Shown piece by piece: positions 18,992 through 29,201 of a stretch of 64,000 nucleotides of DNA (positions are counted from its first letter, which is position 1; the number at the start of each line of letters is the position of its first letter). The translations under genes were made by a program, and so were the position numbers. This stretch comes from a virus. Under the pieces are notes generated by a model that saw only the letters and a list, made by a program, of their open reading frames with translations, did not search any database and was not told the origin of the DNA. The stretch covers positions 1 to 64,000 of the IMG/VR virus record IMGVR_UViG_3300043256_000348, one strand, 5' to 3'.

Positions 18992-19407
18992 TGGCGATTG
19001 CTTGCACCGGAAAACTCGGCTGGGTTTCGCCGCTCCAAGGTCCGGGGCTGGAGATCAAGAGCTTTAACATCTCCGATGACCGCATGACGGTGATACTCGC
19101 AGGATGCTTTGAGGGGGAGGTTGGTGCTCGCGTGACCGTAACCATACCTGGGGCTACGCTCGTGTCTTACGGGATAGTTGAACAGGCGAATGTATTTCAT
19201 CGGGTTATGGAGGGAGTTTTAGAGACCGAGGTCACGATAGTCCTAAGCGACGTAATGGTAACGGGCACGGGAGCCGAGCCTCCGGGGGGCATGCTGACTC
19301 CAATCAACCCCCAACCTCCGGCCGCACCGGAGCCCGCACCGAAACCTACACCGGCCGCCGAACCGATACGCCTGGACAACAAGCGGCTAATCACACTGGA
19401 GGATTGA
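18991..19407 (+). CDS. Hypothetical protein with Pro-rich tail
   Basis: TAATG-coupled ORF ending KRLITLED. Confidence 0.5.
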   Translation: MAIACTGKLGWVSPLQGPGLEIKSFNISDDRMTVILAGCFEGEVGARVTVTIPGATLVSYGIVEQANVFHRVMEGVLETEVTIVLSDVMVTGTGAEPPGGMLTPINPQPPAAPEPAPKPTPAAEPIRLDNKRLITLED

Positions 19408-19408
19408 C

Positions 19409-20443
19409 GTGATCCGACTGTTTCAACCGAACGTAGGCTGGCGCGAGGCGTGGGCTGTCGCCCGGCAGGTACGGTCCGGCTGGATCGGGCCGGGCAAAAA
19501 GGTCCGCCAGTTTGAGCAGGAGTTCGCCGACGCGGTCGGCCGCAAGCACGCGCTGGCAGTCACCTCCGGCACGACGGGGCTACTGCTATCGCTGTGGGCG
19601 AGCAACCTCAAGTCGGGTGGCACCGTGGTCTTTCCGGCCTATACGTTCCTAGCCGGGGCCAACGCGGCGAAGCTGGCCGGATACGGCGTCGAGCTGTGCG
19701 ACGTGGCAGAAGATGGCTGCCTTGACCTGTCGCCTTTCCGCCGTAGCGTCCTGCCCGGCGTCGTCATGTTCGTCGGGCACAACGGGCAGGGCTCCGCCTT
19801 GACCGCGAGGCAGTGGTGCGATTCCAGGGAGTGCTTGTGCATCGAGGACGCCTGCCAGTCCCTGGGCTGTCCGGAAGCCGGGTCGCACGGTCACATGGCA
19901 GTGTTCAGCTTCTCGCCGCAGAAGCTAATCACTACGGGGCAGGGAGGGATGGTCGTGACGGACGATGACGAACTGTACGACAGGCTCGACGCCTTCAGGG
20001 ACCACGGCGGGGCGGACTGGCGATCGTCGAACTGGCACAGGCGCGTCGGCGGGAACTTCCGCATGACGGACATTCAGGCGGCGATGGGACTGACCCAGTT
20101 GAGGCGGCTGCCGAAACTCGTGAAGCGGCGGAGGAGGATACTGGATTGGTACGTCTACCACGGGCTGTCATCTATTCCCGCGTGGAATACCGACGCTTGG
20201 TGCGCGGCGTACCGCACCCGGCGACCCGGCGACGTGATCGAGGCGTTGCAGCGTTGCGGGGTGGATGCCCGCAAGCTCTATCGAGCCGTACATCAGCACG
20301 GACCGTACGCAGCGGAAGACCGGCTCTTTCCGGTGGCGACGAAGCTGGCCCACGAACTGATCTACCTTCCGTCCCACCTCAGCGTGACCCGGCAGGAAGT
20401 GAAACGCATCTGCGAACTTGTCCGTCAATTCGAGGGAGCGTAG
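19409..20443 (+). CDS. DegT/DnrJ/EryC1/StrS PLP aminotransferase (perosamine synthase-like)
   Basis: TSGTTGL, IEDACQSLG, FSFSPQKLITTGQGG (PLP Lys), NFRMTDIQAAMG. Confidence 0.92.
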   Translation: MIRLFQPNVGWREAWAVARQVRSGWIGPGKKVRQFEQEFADAVGRKHALAVTSGTTGLLLSLWASNLKSGGTVVFPAYTFLAGANAAKLAGYGVELCDVAEDGCLDLSPFRRSVLPGVVMFVGHNGQGSALTARQWCDSRECLCIEDACQSLGCPEAGSHGHMAVFSFSPQKLITTGQGGMVVTDDDELYDRLDAFRDHGGADWRSSNWHRRVGGNFRMTDIQAAMGLTQLRRLPKLVKRRRRILDWYVYHGLSSIPAWNTDAWCAAYRTRRPGDVIEALQRCGVDARKLYRAVHQHGPYAAEDRLFPVATKLAHELIYLPSHLSVTRQEVKRICELVRQFEGA

Positions 20444-20444
20444 C

Positions 20445-21215
20445 ATGGCCGACGTTTTGCGAGTCCGACCGTCGAGCGGCATGTGCAGCCGGCTCCGAGT
20501 GATCGTGGGGGCGATGGCTCAGGCAGAGGCCGAGGGCCGCGAGCTGGAAGTGCTCTGGGACTGGACGCCGGGCGGTTCATCCTCTGGGCAGATGCCGCTG
20601 GGCCTCTCTGAAATCTGGCAGGCGCCATTCAGAATTCTGCAAGCCGCTCCACCAGACGAGCCATGCCTGGAGACGTGCCACCTGGAGCCGTTTCGTGAAT
20701 TCATCCAAGACGGGCAATTCGTCAGGCACTTCCTCAGGCTCACCCTACGGCCGAAACTCGCCGAGCGCATCGCAGCGGCCTCGGCGCTGCTGTCGTCGCC
20801 TATCATGGGCGTTCATATCAGGACATCGGAGAAGCACCGCGACATGGTCGGGCTGACTTGGTTCCGACATCGACTAGAGCAGTTGCGGCTCTCCGATCCA
20901 CAGTGCACCTTTTACCTGTCGGCCGACGATCCGGTGACGAGCATGATGATTCACGACATATTCGGCCCGGCGGTGATTGAGCAGAGCAAGACGTACCGCT
21001 ACGACCGCGATGGGGCTCTAGCCCATGCCGCTGATCTGTATGTACTGATAAGATATTGTAAGCGTGTCATCGGCACGAACTGCTCGGCGTCGTCGCAAGT
21101 AGTCGCATTAGCAAGGGGAGCGAAATACAATGGGCCGAGCCACCGGCCGGGCGGAGTGTCCGGCGGCGGCTACGAGGACGCCTGGAACCCGCCGGCGGAA
21201 GGTGGACGCGGATGA
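20445..21215 (+). CDS. Fucosyltransferase-like GT-B (NodZ/GT23/O-FucT-like)
   Basis: GMCSRLR, GVHIRTSE, FYLSADD, ADLYVL...IGTNCSASS motifs. Confidence 0.7.
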   Translation: MADVLRVRPSSGMCSRLRVIVGAMAQAEAEGRELEVLWDWTPGGSSSGQMPLGLSEIWQAPFRILQAAPPDEPCLETCHLEPFREFIQDGQFVRHFLRLTLRPKLAERIAAASALLSSPIMGVHIRTSEKHRDMVGLTWFRHRLEQLRLSDPQCTFYLSADDPVTSMMIHDIFGPAVIEQSKTYRYDRDGALAHAADLYVLIRYCKRVIGTNCSASSQVVALARGAKYNGPSHRPGGVSGGGYEDAWNPPAEGGRG

Positions 21216-21844
21216 TCGTACTCGTGGCAGGAAGGCACCGTAGCGGCACAAGCATGGTTGCAGGCATCCTACACAAGCTGGGCGTCACGATGGTCGACGC
21301 AATGGCCCCGGCCGACCGGTGGAACGCCGCGGGCAACTACCAGGACCTTGAGTTCTCCCGGCTGCTGATGCTGGCCATGCCCAACTGGAAGTCTCCACGG
21401 GAATGGTCGCTCGCCCCGTACCGGGAAGAAATGCAGGCGTACCTCAGAGGAAAGCAGGCGGCGCACAAGCACTGGGGACTGAAGCACCCGCGGATGTGTT
21501 ATATGCTGGACGAAATCGTGGCCATGATCGGCAAGCCGGTGAAGCTCATCGTAACGAGCCGCGATATTCACGCATCGATCAGGAGCATCATGCGGTGCTT
21601 CGACTCGTTGGACTGCGAGACGGCGGAGCGGTTGGAGAGGGACTGCGATACCGCGTTGCGTGAACAGAAGGCATTCCGGACCTTGCCGAAACTACAGGTC
21701 AGGTACGAGGACGTTGTATCGTGCGCCTCCCCTCGCATCTTTGTCCGGAGGATCGCGGAGTTCGTGGGCTGTGGCTGTGAATACTCAAGGGAGGCGGTGG
21801 CCGCAATCCGGCCGGAGCTAAACCACGAAGGGAGGGCGAGGTGA
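21212..21844 (+). CDS. Sulfotransferase
   Basis: VAGRHRSGTS PAPS-binding loop; WGLKHPR; VRYED. Confidence 0.85.
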   Translation: MIVLVAGRHRSGTSMVAGILHKLGVTMVDAMAPADRWNAAGNYQDLEFSRLLMLAMPNWKSPREWSLAPYREEMQAYLRGKQAAHKHWGLKHPRMCYMLDEIVAMIGKPVKLIVTSRDIHASIRSIMRCFDSLDCETAERLERDCDTALREQKAFRTLPKLQVRYEDVVSCASPRIFVRRIAEFVGCGCEYSREAVAAIRPELNHEGRAR

Positions 21845-22674
21845 GCACCTTTCACTTGCAGGTCAACGGCGGACTGGCGAGCCGCCTGCGGGTGGTCGTG
21901 GGCGGCATCGCGTACTGCGAGGCGACGGGAAGGCGGCTGCACGTCGACTGGCCGCTGATTGAGAAGTCGGAGACCAGCGGGAAGTTCCCGATCCGGTTTG
22001 GCGACATCTGGAAGTACGACCTGGAGGAGACGAACGGCACGGTGATCTGGGGCGGGGCGAAAAACGCGAACCTCGACTGCGGCGGGGACGTGCGGCTGCG
22101 TACCTGCCACATTGAGCCGTTCCTGCCCTACCTTAAGCGGCCCTTTCGGCACTATGTCAACCAGCTCTCAATGCAGCCTAAGACAGCAGCCATGGTCGAT
22201 TCGATGCTTCCCCGCCTGAAGGCCGTACTCACCGCCGGGGTGAACATCCGCTGCGCAATCAGCGATCCGCACACGAAGAAGCCCGACTGGTTCTGGGAGC
22301 GAATGGAGAAAGTTCAGTCCGGCTCGGCGCTCCCGATGCAGTTCTTCCTCTCGACGGACGAGAAAGAAGTCAGCGACGCGACCAAGGCGAGGTTCTTGGT
22401 GATCGAGCGGCCGCAGACCTTCCTCTACGACACGGAGGGGATACGAGGCCGGGCTGCGGACATCTATCTCTTGGACGCCTGCGACTGGGTGATCGGCAGC
22501 AACCACAGCAGCTACTCGCAGTTCGTCGCTATGCTTAGGGGGGCCGAGTATCTCGGCTCGCATGAAAAGCCGGAAGGACTGAAGGGAGGGCGATATGAGG
22601 ATGCGTGGAACGAGGCAGATAAAGCGGAGCTATGCAAGGCACGAGGTAGTAGCCATTCAGCCTGGGTACGGTAG
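21841..22674 (+). CDS. Fucosyltransferase-like GT-B, paralog of 20445-21215
   Basis: GGLASRLR, GVNIR, FFLSTDE, ADIYLL..CD.VIGSNHSSYS; shared TCHxEPF and GGxYEDAWN. Confidence 0.7.
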   Translation: MSTFHLQVNGGLASRLRVVVGGIAYCEATGRRLHVDWPLIEKSETSGKFPIRFGDIWKYDLEETNGTVIWGGAKNANLDCGGDVRLRTCHIEPFLPYLKRPFRHYVNQLSMQPKTAAMVDSMLPRLKAVLTAGVNIRCAISDPHTKKPDWFWERMEKVQSGSALPMQFFLSTDEKEVSDATKARFLVIERPQTFLYDTEGIRGRAADIYLLDACDWVIGSNHSSYSQFVAMLRGAEYLGSHEKPEGLKGGRYEDAWNEADKAELCKARGSSHSAWVR

Positions 22675-22686
22675 CGGTTAAATAAC

Positions 22687-23313
22687 GTGCCGGAAACACA
22701 GAACTTTTACAGTCAGTTCAAGACCGAATCACTGGTCGCCGAGCTGCTTAAACGGGTTGGAGTAAAGCACCAGGTCTGTTGCGAACTGGGCGCGTGGGAC
22801 GGTATCAAGTTCAGCAATATCGCACACCTCGTTCGGCACCAGGGCTGGTCGGGCGTCTTTGTGGAAGGCAATGAGGAGCGGGCGATACAATGTAAAATGA
22901 ATTATGCAGACTATCCGCAAGCTACTGTCATCCACGCCTGGGTGACCAGCGACAATGTGGACGATCTGGTTCCGAAGGACTGCGATTTTTTAAGTGTCGA
23001 CATAGACGGCAACGACTATTGGGTATTTAAGAGTTTGTCGCATCGGCCACGCCTGATCGAGATAGAATATAATCACAGGAAGAAGGGTGTCGAGCCGTAT
23101 CCCTATGATCCGCATTTTAACTTCAGGAAGCAGGGCATAGACAAAAGGCATGTTCAGGCCGGGGCCGCAGCGTTTATTTTACTGGCCGAATCACTCGACT
23201 ATTATTTCCTCACTAGTGACGGGCAATGTAACTTGTTTTTCGCTCCGGAGGAAGTAGTGTGTCCCCGCGATCATTTCTGGGGCCGACCAACCATAGCGGC
23301 GAGTGACAAATGA
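22687..23313 (+). CDS. FkbM-like SAM methyltransferase
   Basis: CELGAWDG..FSN, WSGVFVEG, DFLSVDIDGNDYWV, IEYN; lower GC. Confidence 0.8.
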   Translation: MPETQNFYSQFKTESLVAELLKRVGVKHQVCCELGAWDGIKFSNIAHLVRHQGWSGVFVEGNEERAIQCKMNYADYPQATVIHAWVTSDNVDDLVPKDCDFLSVDIDGNDYWVFKSLSHRPRLIEIEYNHRKKGVEPYPYDPHFNFRKQGIDKRHVQAGAAAFILLAESLDYYFLTSDGQCNLFFAPEEVVCPRDHFWGRPTIAASDK

Positions 23314-23409
23314 TAGAGTTGCGTCTTGAAGCACGTGGTTGTGGATCTGGATAGTGAAGAATGGAAAATCGTCGATTCACAGAAAACTCATAACGACTGA
23401 GATACCCCA

Positions 23410-24021
23410 ATGGCCGACGAAGCATGGGAAGAGTTACTACGTCAGTTTCCGTGGCCAGCGGAGCGGCCGAGTGTGACGGGCCCTCACGTCAACCGAATCC
23501 ACGGCTGGCTTGCCGAAGGTACGAAGGAAATGATCCGCAAGCACCTGCCATCGTCCGGGCTGGTCATGGAGCTGGGAACGTGGATGGGCAAGTCGGCGCA
23601 GTACATGCTCGGCATGGCCCCCGGAATACGGCTCGTGTGCATCGACCACTGGCTCGGCTCGCCGGACATCAACCAGATGCAGGCGCATCGGGACATGCTG
23701 CCGACGATATACGATCACTGCCGGTACCACCTCTGGCCGTACCGCGACCAGATCGTGCTGCTGCGAATGGATATGGCGGACGGCATGAGGAAAGTGCATG
23801 AAGCCGGCCTGCAACCAGGGATGGTTTACGTGGACGGCGCCCACGACGCCAAGAGCGTGGAGGCCGACGCAAGCGGGGCCGGGTCACTGTTTCCTGCGGC
23901 CGACCTTGTAGGTGATGACTGGGAACGTGAAAGCGTGAGGCAAGGCGTACTTAGGGCTGTAAGGGAATTTCCGAAGCGGCGGTTGTCTGACAACGGCAAG
24001 GCGTGGGTTATGGAGCTGTAA
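23410..24021 (+). CDS. Class I SAM methyltransferase (Methyltransf_24-like)
   Basis: MELGTWMGKS, CIDHWLGS, VYVDGAH, VGDDW. Confidence 0.85.
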   Translation: MADEAWEELLRQFPWPAERPSVTGPHVNRIHGWLAEGTKEMIRKHLPSSGLVMELGTWMGKSAQYMLGMAPGIRLVCIDHWLGSPDINQMQAHRDMLPTIYDHCRYHLWPYRDQIVLLRMDMADGMRKVHEAGLQPGMVYVDGAHDAKSVEADASGAGSLFPAADLVGDDWERESVRQGVLRAVREFPKRRLSDNGKAWVMEL

Positions 24022-24022
24022 T

Positions 24023-25048
24023 ATGCTCGTGGTAGTCAATCCAACCGTGCGACGCGGTGAGCCGGGCGGAAACCGACGTAAGACGAGGCGGCTGGTCTAC
24101 CTTGCATGGATCGCCCGAGACATGGGGCACGAGGTGAAGATACACCTCCCGTCCAGCCCGCGCGTTCGCAGCCTACGCAACAGCGAGGGACGGTACGAGT
24201 TCGTGGACATCGTAGACGACCTGCCCGTGGTCGACAACGCGAGGGACCTGCCCGCCGATGCGGTGTACCTTTGCTCTTCCGGCCAGGCCCTCGTGTCGGA
24301 GAACGAGCTGCCGAAGCGGGCCAAGGTCGTGATCTTCAAGGAGTACCTCGGCACGACGCACGAGCGGCGATTGGTGGACGTGTGCGACCTGCTCGTGGCC
24401 TACGTCAGGCTGGTGACGGATTTCAGCGTCACCGTGAAACGGCCGGCCGATCCGTCCGGCTTCGACAAGGCCACCAGGGCCAAGGCGTTCTCCGTTCCAT
24501 GGCGGCCGCACGAGAAGGTCACACAGGTGATCCACGACGACGGCATAGTGGTGCCCTTCCTGCGAGACGAGCTGGGGGCGATCCGGGCGAAGTACGGGGC
24601 AGCCGACAAGGCCCGCGACGTGGGGTTCATCGGCGAGAACGTCCCGCCGCGGTCGCGAATCACGGCCCACTACGCGAATGACGACAGATTTATCGTGCAA
24701 TGGGCGGGTGGGCATCATCCGTCGATCCCGGCCCAGCAGTACCTCTGGTGGATTTCTGAGTGCCGGATCGTGCTGGGGCTGCCGGGCGACACCTGGAAGT
24801 GCTCGCGCTTCTGTGAGGCGGTGATGATGGGGGTTCCGGTGGTCCAGCAAGCGGGTACAATTGAACTTACGCCGCCAATGACGCGGGAGAACACGGTGCT
24901 GCTTGACGAGTGGGCCGACAAGGGTGAGATCATTTCCCGGCTGGATGACACTGAGGCTATCGTGGCAGCGGCCGATAAGGCGTACCGGGAGGGCTGGAGC
25001 CTACGGGGGCAACTGGGCCAGATATTCAAGCGGCTAGGGGTTGAGTGA
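24023..25048 (+). CDS. Putative glycosyltransferase (GT-B)
   Basis: DVGFIG...LGLPGDTWKCSRFCEAVMMGVPVV C-terminal domain. Confidence 0.6.
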   Translation: MLVVVNPTVRRGEPGGNRRKTRRLVYLAWIARDMGHEVKIHLPSSPRVRSLRNSEGRYEFVDIVDDLPVVDNARDLPADAVYLCSSGQALVSENELPKRAKVVIFKEYLGTTHERRLVDVCDLLVAYVRLVTDFSVTVKRPADPSGFDKATRAKAFSVPWRPHEKVTQVIHDDGIVVPFLRDELGAIRAKYGAADKARDVGFIGENVPPRSRITAHYANDDRFIVQWAGGHHPSIPAQQYLWWISECRIVLGLPGDTWKCSRFCEAVMMGVPVVQQAGTIELTPPMTRENTVLLDEWADKGEIISRLDDTEAIVAAADKAYREGWSLRGQLGQIFKRLGVE

Positions 25049-25734
25049 TGCTGATCGTGGACGACAAGTGGCTGCTGATCGGACCGAACCGGCACGGGTC
25101 GCTGTACTGCCGTGATGTGCTTTCGGCGGCATTCGAGTGCCGGCCCAGCTCCGGCGACAAGCCCCACCACACGCCGCTGTGCCGGATACCGCCCGAGGTC
25201 CGAGCGGGTAAGATCATCGTCGGCATCGTACGCTGCCCGCTGCGGTGGTACCTCAGCAAGTGGCGGGTATTCTGGGAGCACGCCCCGCCGGAGAAGCGCT
25301 ACAACTTTTCGGCCTACTTCTGGAAGCACTGGACGAACCCACACGGGCCGATCGGCAAGGCGACCGAAGACTTCCCGCTAGCCAAGGCCGAGATCGGCGG
25401 CTGGAGCTACCAGCACATCGCCTACCATTGCGAGTCAGCAGAGGGGATGCTCACTGAGTGGACGCGACGGGAACTCGCTGAGGGTTTCGGAGCGGAACGG
25501 TCGGTCCGTTACATGCTCCACACGGAGACGCTGACCGACGATCTAATCCGACTGTTCGGCGACAAGGTTCGGCCGCACCTCGACAAGCCCCGGAACGCCA
25601 CCGACTCCGGCGACGTGCTGAGCCACTACACGGTGGAAATGCTGGAGGCGATCCGGAAACGCGACGGCTGGCTGGCCTACCACTACCCCGAACTCGACTA
25701 CCACAAGTTCATGGAGAAGAAGCTATGCTTCTAA
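25048..25734 (+). CDS. Sulfotransferase-like protein (divergent)
   Basis: IGPNRHGS loop and IVRCPLRWYLS parallel the two PAPS motifs of 16465-17061. Confidence 0.6.
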   Translation: MLIVDDKWLLIGPNRHGSLYCRDVLSAAFECRPSSGDKPHHTPLCRIPPEVRAGKIIVGIVRCPLRWYLSKWRVFWEHAPPEKRYNFSAYFWKHWTNPHGPIGKATEDFPLAKAEIGGWSYQHIAYHCESAEGMLTEWTRRELAEGFGAERSVRYMLHTETLTDDLIRLFGDKVRPHLDKPRNATDSGDVLSHYTVEMLEAIRKRDGWLAYHYPELDYHKFMEKKLCF

Positions 25735-26261
25735 TGTCGCGGCACCTGACCGAGTACAACGTCGTGCCCGCGGGGGCGGTCGTGCGGATCAACCTCGCGT
25801 GGGAGGCGTCGCTGGAACAGTTGGAGGCGCACCTTGCAGAGCTGACGCACTACGTCTTTCTCGATGTGCCCGTGGGCCGGGTCAAGCCGCCGGTGCAGTC
25901 GTGGCAGCCGGACCTTGTCGAACTTGTCAAGCGGCACCGGAACATTTGGTACGTCGGCGTGTCGAACGTCGGCGAGCCCGACGACCTTATGTTCTACCTA
26001 ACGAAGCTGCCGAGGCGCGTAGTCGTCGTGCCGAAGATCGAGTCGGTCTGGGCGTGTCAGAACATCCGGCAGATCGAGCAGGTGCTGCGGCCGCCAAAGA
26101 CGATCATGCTGGACCACGACGACCTGTTCCACGACATGGTGCAGAAGGGCGAGTCACCGGGCAACCTGTACGCAAACTACATCGACGGGCTGGTGGACTT
26201 CTGCCGGCGGAACGATATTCGCCTGCTACGGACGGCGGGCGTGGTGTTCTCTGATAAATAG
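25725..26261 (+). CDS. Short pyruvate kinase/HpcH aldolase-like TIM-barrel protein
   Basis: VRINLAW, FLDVPVGRVKPP, VPKIES, IMLDHDDL. Confidence 0.6.
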   Translation: MLLMSRHLTEYNVVPAGAVVRINLAWEASLEQLEAHLAELTHYVFLDVPVGRVKPPVQSWQPDLVELVKRHRNIWYVGVSNVGEPDDLMFYLTKLPRRVVVVPKIESVWACQNIRQIEQVLRPPKTIMLDHDDLFHDMVQKGESPGNLYANYIDGLVDFCRRNDIRLLRTAGVVFSDK

Positions 26262-26273
26262 GAGGCGTGTTTA

Positions 26274-27245
26274 GTGAAGGTCTTACTTGTCGCCGACGTG
26301 ATAAATTGGTGCTGGGGCTTCCGAGCCACTGATCTTAGCAATCACGCCCCCGATGGCGTCGAGGCCGTGGTCACCGTGCAGGCGGACGTAAAGAAACACG
26401 ATCCAGCCAAGTACGACGCGGTGTACTGGATGCCCTGGCAGTTCCCCGACTGGAGCTGGCTCGACCGCTGCAAAAGGCGGGTGACGCTGCTGACGTGCAA
26501 CGGGCTCCAGTTCGACCGGGTTGACGACACCAACTGGCAGTCGTGGGTCTACACGCCGAATCGTGGCTCGCAGAGCGCGGGGGAGAACCTGCCGAGGTTC
26601 AACGCGGTGGTCGCGGTCAACCGGCAGCTCCACGAGGCGTGCAAGCGGCACAACCCGAACACGCACCTTGTGCCGAGCCCGGTGAACATCGATCTGTTCA
26701 CGCCCGGCCGCATAATGGAATTCCCGCCGCTGCAAGACCGCAAGCTGCGAGTCGGCTGGTGTGCATCGCCCCGCGGACACCGGAGCGTCAAAGGATACAA
26801 GGAAGTTCTCCTCCCGCTGGTGGAACGCACCTTTGAGAAATACGACTGGGTGACGAACACGCGCGACTACCGCGACGCCCTGACCCGCGAGCAAATGGTC
26901 GAGTGGTACCACGGGATCGACGTGTTGGTGTGCACCTCGATCAACGAGGGCACGCCGAGCCCGATCTTCGAGGCGGCTGCCTGTGGTCGGGCGATCATCT
27001 CGACCGACGTGGGTTGCGTGGCCGACTGGGAACTCCCACACTTGCAGGACGTGGTCACGGGGACCTACTACAATCAAGCGGGGGCTGATCGAATAATCGA
27101 AGCGACTGTTGATCGGCTGGACCGCTTCGACAGGAATCGCAGCCTAATGGATGCCATGGGCTTCGACTTACGAAGGTCGGTCGAGCAGAACTACAGCTAC
27201 TGCGTCTTGGCCCCGAGGTACTTCGAGGCGATACTGGGGGAGTGA
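26274..27245 (+). CDS. Glycosyltransferase (GT4-like)
   Basis: LRVGWC, TSINEGTPSPIFEAAACGRAIISTDVG. Confidence 0.88.
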   Translation: MKVLLVADVINWCWGFRATDLSNHAPDGVEAVVTVQADVKKHDPAKYDAVYWMPWQFPDWSWLDRCKRRVTLLTCNGLQFDRVDDTNWQSWVYTPNRGSQSAGENLPRFNAVVAVNRQLHEACKRHNPNTHLVPSPVNIDLFTPGRIMEFPPLQDRKLRVGWCASPRGHRSVKGYKEVLLPLVERTFEKYDWVTNTRDYRDALTREQMVEWYHGIDVLVCTSINEGTPSPIFEAAACGRAIISTDVGCVADWELPHLQDVVTGTYYNQAGADRIIEATVDRLDRFDRNRSLMDAMGFDLRRSVEQNYSYCVLAPRYFEAILGE

Positions 27246-28210
27246 TGAAGAGCGTCTTAATCGTGGCTGACGTGAAGTTCTGGGCCCAGTGGCGGTGTGC
27301 AACCGGCGTGCAGAAGTACAGGCCGGACTATCAGTACGCCGTCGAAATCACCGACCTGTCCGGCTACAAGAACTACACGCCCGACCGGCTGGCCCAGTTC
27401 GATGTGGTCCACGTACTCTACCTTGGCTCGGCGACAAGGCGGCAGGGAATCCGGCGGCTGACGGGCATGCTGGCCTCGCACGCCTGGATGTACCCGGAAC
27501 TCAAAAAGAATGACTGGCGTACGCGGGGCGTCACCCAGGGGCGGTGCCGGGCGGTCGCCGAGCAAATGCTGCCGGGGCTCGATGCGGTGGTCGCCAGGAA
27601 CGGTGAGCTGGAGCGATTCGGCTGCAAGCACAACCCTAAGACAAGGTACATCCCAGTCGGCGTGGACCTGGAAGTTTTCAAGCCCGCAGAACGCGAGCGA
27701 TCCGGGAAGCTGCGGGTCGGCTGGTGCGGCCAGATCGGCGGCAAGACCTCGTTCAAGGGCCACGCCGAGATTCTGGTGCCGCTAATGAAGAGGCTCGGGG
27801 ACGCCTGCGATTGGCAGGTAAACACGCGGGACGCCGCAAGTGCACGTTCGATCGTGGATATGGCCGCCTGGTACCAGTCGCTCGACGTATTCCTTTGCAC
27901 CGCGTCCGCTGAGGGAACCCCTAATCCACCTGTCGAGGCTGCCGCGTGCGGCGTGCCGGTCATATCGACCAACGTCGGGACGATCCGCCACTGGGCCGTG
28001 CTGCAAGAACTGGGCCTGCGGGTGCGTGACTACGGCAACCAGGACGATGCCGACAGGGTGGTGGGCGATATGGCCCTCTGCCTGGACTGGCTGCGACACA
28101 ACGGCAGGTACCGGCGGGAGTGCGGCGTCGTCTTACGGGAGTGGATCGAGCGGGAACACGACTACCGGATCGTCGCACCGAAACTACTGGAGTTCATCTG
28201 CAATGCCTAG
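27245..28210 (+). CDS. Glycosyltransferase (GT4-like)
   Basis: GVDLEVF, LRVGWCG, EGTPNPPVEAAACGVPVISTNVG. Confidence 0.88.
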   Translation: MKSVLIVADVKFWAQWRCATGVQKYRPDYQYAVEITDLSGYKNYTPDRLAQFDVVHVLYLGSATRRQGIRRLTGMLASHAWMYPELKKNDWRTRGVTQGRCRAVAEQMLPGLDAVVARNGELERFGCKHNPKTRYIPVGVDLEVFKPAERERSGKLRVGWCGQIGGKTSFKGHAEILVPLMKRLGDACDWQVNTRDAASARSIVDMAAWYQSLDVFLCTASAEGTPNPPVEAAACGVPVISTNVGTIRHWAVLQELGLRVRDYGNQDDADRVVGDMALCLDWLRHNGRYRRECGVVLREWIEREHDYRIVAPKLLEFICNA

Positions 28211-29201
28211 AATCCTGTTAGTGCACCCAGATATTTTCTGGTGCTTCAAGTGGATGGCCGAGGAGATCGCACGCTACGCTGGCCCCGACAACTTCGTGTT
28301 CGCGATGGGACAGTCGGACTTCGAGGCGGTCGCCAAGCACGCGGGTCCGAAGTCGCTGGGCCACCTGGACGCGGCGTTCCACTTCTCGCTCAGCTCGGCG
28401 TCTATCCTGCGGCGGGTGAACGCGGACCGCTACGGCTCGCTGCTAGCGAACGAGGGCTGGTGCTATGACGAGTTCAACGCGGGGAACTGGCGGACCAACG
28501 CGGTGGCCCCGGAACGCAACGCGGTCTTCGGCAAGCAGGTATCGGCCGGGCTCGACGTGCTGATCTGCCTGACCGAACGGATAAGGGAGACAGCCTCGCA
28601 GTGGAACGAGGGCGCGGTTTGCATTCCCCAGGGGCTCGACACCAGGACGTGGTATCCGCCCGTGAAGCAGCATCCGAAGCCGCAGCTCGACGGCATTCGC
28701 GTCGGCTGGTGCGGCGACAAGGGCGGCAAGCGGTCATTCAAGGGGTACGACGAACTGTTAGTACCACTCAGGGAGCGACTACGTCACGGCGTAACGTGGG
28801 ACGTGAACGACCGCGACCACACCAGCGCGAAGTCGCGGGCTGAGATGCGGCAGTGGTACGGCGGCCTGGACCTTTTCGTCTGCACGGCGATCAACGAGGG
28901 CGGGCCGTACCCGCCGTTTGAGGCGGCGGCATGCGGGACGGCGGTGGTGAGCACCAACGTAGGGATAGTGACAGCGTGGAAGCAGGCCCACGACCTGGAG
29001 CTGATCGCCAAGCCGTGCTGGAACGACAAGATGGCGAAGATCACACTAGACGAGCTGGAGGCCAGAATCGTGTGGCTGCGGGACGACCCGGTGCGGCGGG
29101 AGAAGGTGAGCAACTGCCTACGAAACTCGGTGATCGAGAAGTACAACTGGGAGCGTCTTGCAGCCAAGTGGATCGGAGCGATGGTAGGGACGGCTAAATG
29201 A
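28203..29201 (+). CDS. Glycosyltransferase (GT4-like)
   Basis: IRVGWCG, EGGPYPPFEAAACGTAVVSTNVG. Confidence 0.88.
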   Translation: MPRILLVHPDIFWCFKWMAEEIARYAGPDNFVFAMGQSDFEAVAKHAGPKSLGHLDAAFHFSLSSASILRRVNADRYGSLLANEGWCYDEFNAGNWRTNAVAPERNAVFGKQVSAGLDVLICLTERIRETASQWNEGAVCIPQGLDTRTWYPPVKQHPKPQLDGIRVGWCGDKGGKRSFKGYDELLVPLRERLRHGVTWDVNDRDHTSAKSRAEMRQWYGGLDLFVCTAINEGGPYPPFEAAACGTAVVSTNVGIVTAWKQAHDLELIAKPCWNDKMAKITLDELEARIVWLRDDPVRREKVSNCLRNSVIEKYNWERLAAKWIGAMVGTAK

